This document shows positions 61,101 through 64,000 of a stretch of 64,000 bases of DNA, piece after piece. This DNA is from Botryllus schlosseri (taxonomy: Eukaryota). The translations under genes and the position numbers were made by a program. The stretch is from NCBI GenBank assembly GCA_051294905.1, contig CM119384.1, positions 6,696,001 through 6,760,000 of the forward strand, written 5' to 3'. Position 1 is the stretch's first letter, and each line of letters opens with the position of its first letter. The notes below the pieces were generated by a model that was not told the origin of the DNA, did not search any database, and saw only the letters and a program-made list of their open reading frames with translations.

Positions 61101-63900
61101 TGTTCATTGTATCGCAGTTTTGTGGTGCGTTGGAATGATGAAAATATTAATAAAGACCGACTAACTACGTAGTAAAAATAAGGCTAATCCTGATACTGTG
61201 TTGGAAATGCATGTATTCATATGTCACATTGCGTTGCTGAATCACAGGGTTTATCATGACACATAAATTGAGTTGATAATTCCATTTATTTTATTGTGTA
61301 TCCATTAGTCTCTGCATTTCGGTACCAACATTATTTCGGTGATGAATCACTTTATAACCGTAGTTATTAACCGGGGATATACGCCTTCTCACAAATGAAC
61401 TCGTCAAGTCAACAATACGCGCGTACGAATCGCTGTCTCCGCGTCTGCGTCAAAATCGAGGGAGAAGAGGCTCTTTACGCGAAGAGCAAACGAGAGAAGA
61501 GTAGAGAAAGGAAAGAAACTAAAGAAATGCTTCACGCGCCCTATACGCCGTACGATGTTACGCAAATGTGAACGTGAGCTTATTGTCAGGGGAGCGAGCC
61601 CTAACATGCTTTACACTGAAATCTCGGATTTCAACTTACGCGTACCCATTATACTCTCAAGTGCAGAATTGATATCGTTATTCTAACAAGAATTTTTAAT
61701 CATTGATTTGAATTATGACATCATACTGCGGACGTTCTCGGCGTCAGATGTATAATGTTTGAAGTTGGCGGTCAGGCTTTTACCCAGGGTTGCCATCGAC
61801 ATGGACTCAAAAATAAGGACAGTCGAAAATTTGGATTAGCATTAAAAAGCGTTTTGTACATACTTTGTATTTATACATGCCGTGGCATATCACATTCCAT
61901 ACTTTTCGCAAGAAACATCCTGCTCCAGCAACTCCTTGTTATTAGAAGGTGCTCCATGGATTTCACGACAGCTCAGGTCGAGGTTTACCTTTACTCAGGA
62001 CCGAAACTGCACTTCGTCAGCCACCCCCCAAAAAAACGTTGGTCTGGGGCCCCATAGGGTGATAAACCAAACTTCTTCATCTCGTTCTGAATAGAGGCGT
62101 CAACCAAAGATGGAAAAGGCTGTGCATCAAGTTTAGACAAATCATTTTTGAGCGCACGGAGCAAGAACTTCAGTAACAATGCTCGTAGTCTTGGTCCAGG
62201 CCGAAGCAAACTTCTTTGCGATGTTGAAGTCGGGAAATATTGCTTTGAACAAATGCGATGTGTAATCGTTGTAAAGGAATGATTGCTGGTGTTTGACAGT
62301 ATGGATGAATGCCCAGGTACCCTCAGCAGCAGCTGGCTTATAGTCTGTGGTCGTTACTCGTTGTGAAAAATATATTCATCGTCTGGCTCGAATTGATCAT
62401 TATGATACACTCCATGTGTTTTGGGGTATCAATGTGAGATGAAATAGAGGTCTTTCCTATGGCCACCGGGTTAATGTCACAATTGCAAATATTGCAATGT
62501 GCGAAACACTCGCCCTTCAATCTTCGTTTGATACATTTGAACTCTCCCTCATAATCGTCACGAAAAACATTTTTACGCCTGCTCATTTTAACTAATCAGA
62601 TTTAGCCTTCTTAGTAGCTAAAACTATACATGCAATACAATTTAGATAAATTAATCAATGATTTACAGCTTTAGTACTCTTTAACCCAAGTGTCGACTGC
62701 ACTGCGCCCTTTTTGCAGTAGGCCTACGAAATAAATGCTGCCTTCCCCACGGCTTATTCTGCTGTAGACTAAATAGCAGAAAGCTAGTGCTGCTGTTTAC
62801 TGCTAATATAAAGTCCGCTGCGATAGCTTGGTAGAGCCGAAACTGATATACCACTCACTGCCCTAGCTATCTCACCACTTAGAAGTCAAATCCTGTGGTG
62901 TGTACGCCACTGGAGTTCCTTTCATTGATGATGTCATAAAATCTCACCGCAAACTCATAATTTTAAAATATTATGCAACCCAGATACCAGAGGAAAACGA
63001 TCGAAGTTGAAATTCGATAGTTGTTGAAAATAAGACAAAATAAGGACGCAAGTCGAAAAAAAGGACCTTTCTTTGAAACAAGGACAGTAGAGTTTTCTAA
63101 GACGTGGGCCTTAAAAATAAGGACAAATCTTAGAAATAAGGACGGTATGGCAACCCTGCTTTTACCATTGTGTTGAGCGTCGTCCAAGATAATATTCAAA
63201 TTAGGGTATTGAGCGCTCACTTTCCAAATACTGCTCACTTGTCTTCCAATATCTGTTGAGCTTTTCGAAGCTATCTAATCGACTGATTTATCAAATATCC
63301 ACCCGATATAGATGAAACAAAAGCTTGCAAGTTTATTAGAAATTCAACGTGACTACTTGATGTTTTCTAAGTAGGATATCATGTTCACCTTCGTTTCTCG
63401 CGAAATTATCTTTGGGCGTTCCTTTTGTTAGAAGTTGCATTCTCTTACATGTTACGTGAAGACAAGCGAGTCCAGTTTCGTGGAGTGAGTGGAGGGAGAA
63501 TTACGGCGCTCATTCACTAGAATTGAACCCTATATTTTCAATTGTAAATGTCAATTCCCTATGATGTCACAATTGAATATTCGATTGAATATGGCTTAAA
63601 AACAAAAATAACAATGAAAAACATGTGTTGGACAAGGACCTTGTTTTAAACATGTTTGTTTTAAATGCAACCCTAGAAGCAGCGTCAATTATCCACCAAC
63701 AGAGATAATGCAGAATCGCCAATTAAGCTTTAAAAACCTATGTATTTTTCAATATTCGTGAGAGATTATTTGTTAATTAATCAGTAGACCTATGTCTGTT
63801 TTAATATCCTGATACCATCACTATTACCTTATAGGTGAACCTTGTCATAAGAGGTGCAACGGATCGTGCTGGGGTCCAGGAGAAGACGATTGCCAGACAC
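46151..63900 (+). CDS. EGFR: EGFR/ErbB family receptor, 5' exons 1-5 (signal peptide, domain I, start of domain II); continues beyond the window
   Basis: Exons 46151-46235 (MKKSQTTRLILCAACLLLYSVHATRMTK), 53576-53736 (ERKECMGTN...CTYVDGNLEIT...ISFVK), 56058-56230 (DIEIVTGYVIISMNKVDYVPLENLMIIRG), 59301-59467 (LKSLTEIQRGNIHF...CYVDTINWSDI), 63835-63900 (CEPCHKRCNGSCWGPGEDDCQT). Phases 1/0/2/1/1 are all compatible. TM and kinase exons are not visible, so receptor status is inferred. Confidence 0.9.
47861..48337. mobile_element. Foldback MITE with ~195-bp imperfect arms
   Basis: TAGGGTCCATCAAACCAC...GTGGTTTGATGGACCCTA with an ~80-nt spacer. No 8-bp TSD; TA at both ends. Confidence 0.75.
50797..52279. 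mobile_element. Non-autonomous hAT element in EGFR intron 1
   Basis: TIR CAGAGGTCTCAAA/TTTGAGACCTCTG; perfect TSD TTATGGAG; GCGGGCCGC subterminal repeats. Confidence 0.92.
51826..52014. repeat. Tandem duplication, two ~95-bp units
   Basis: GTGAAGTTTGATGAATAGTTTAAGGCTTTCGG...GAGGGAATTTTCACTTTAAAACCTGAA..GATATATGTGACACTTA.ATTTTGT occurs twice. Confidence 0.85.
54725..54971 (-). mobile_element. tRNA-derived SINE, copy A (tRNA-Cys-like head)
   Basis: Minus strand GGTGGCGAGA-TAGCGCAGTGG (A box)...GACTGCAA...GGTTCGGGTCC (B box), then a ~170-nt body and a C/A-rich tail. Confidence 0.75.
54991..55236 (-). mobile_element. tRNA-derived SINE, copy B, in tandem with copy A
   Basis: Colinear homology to copy A; B box GGTTCGAGTCC intact, A box region rearranged. 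Confidence 0.7.
58325..58705. mobile_element. Buster-type hAT MITE
   Basis: TIR CAGTGGTTCTCAACC/GGTTGAGAACCACTG; TSD CACTATAC/GACTATAC. Confidence 0.88.
60190..60590 (-). mobile_element. CR1/L2-like LINE 3' fragment
   Basis: ...QRSINYAGPVLWNSISPAIRQSSSMSTFKSKCKQFLL, a typical ORF2 C-terminus. Confidence 0.75.
60900..61165 (+). repeat. Uninterrupted copy of the repeat at 6510-7463
   Basis: Reverse-complement homology across the MITE insertion point. Confidence 0.7.
61785..63158 (-). mobile_element. Internally deleted hAT-like element with a decayed transposase N-terminus
   Basis: TIR CAGGGTTGCCAT/ATGGCAACCCTG; perfect TSD CTTTTACC; AAATAAGGAC subterminal repeats. Minus-strand zinc finger FAHCNICNCDI...SISSHIDTPKH (62338-62586) and a PFxxxVDAS-like remnant. 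Confidence 0.85.
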
Positions 63901-64000
63901 GTGAGTCCATCTATACAACAATTCGATCATTTCATTCCTGTCGCTGTACAAATATTCAACTGCAAATATTGTGCGTTACGACGATGGTGTTTTTCGCATT

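Overview
Eukaryotic (invertebrate-type metazoan) genomic DNA with GT-AG introns; species not determinable from the sequence. All four host genes are on the + strand and were assembled by hand from splice sites and reading phase. (1) The 3' end of ERp44, with two alternative terminal exons that both end in RDEL. (2) A complete 9-exon class III sugar transporter (GLUT6/8/Tret1-like, about 547 aa). (3) A complete 6-exon gene predicted to encode a secreted protein of about 320 aa: a signal peptide joined directly to EGFR domain III and part of domain IV, then a stop, with no domain I/II, TM or kinase exons found. (4) The 5' part of a conventional EGFR-family gene (signal peptide, domain I, start of domain II) that runs off the window end. 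About a third of the window is hAT elements with 8-bp target site duplications, often nested, including a near-intact Buster-type transposase split by one frameshift. A young Penelope-like retroelement forms a 910-bp-arm palindrome with two GIY-YIG ORFs and minimal hammerhead ribozyme motifs. tRNA-derived SINEs and CR1/L2-like LINE tails are also present. The best candidate for an undescribed system is the secreted EGFR half-ectodomain gene directly upstream of EGFR. No database searches were run, so family assignments rest on recalled motifs.
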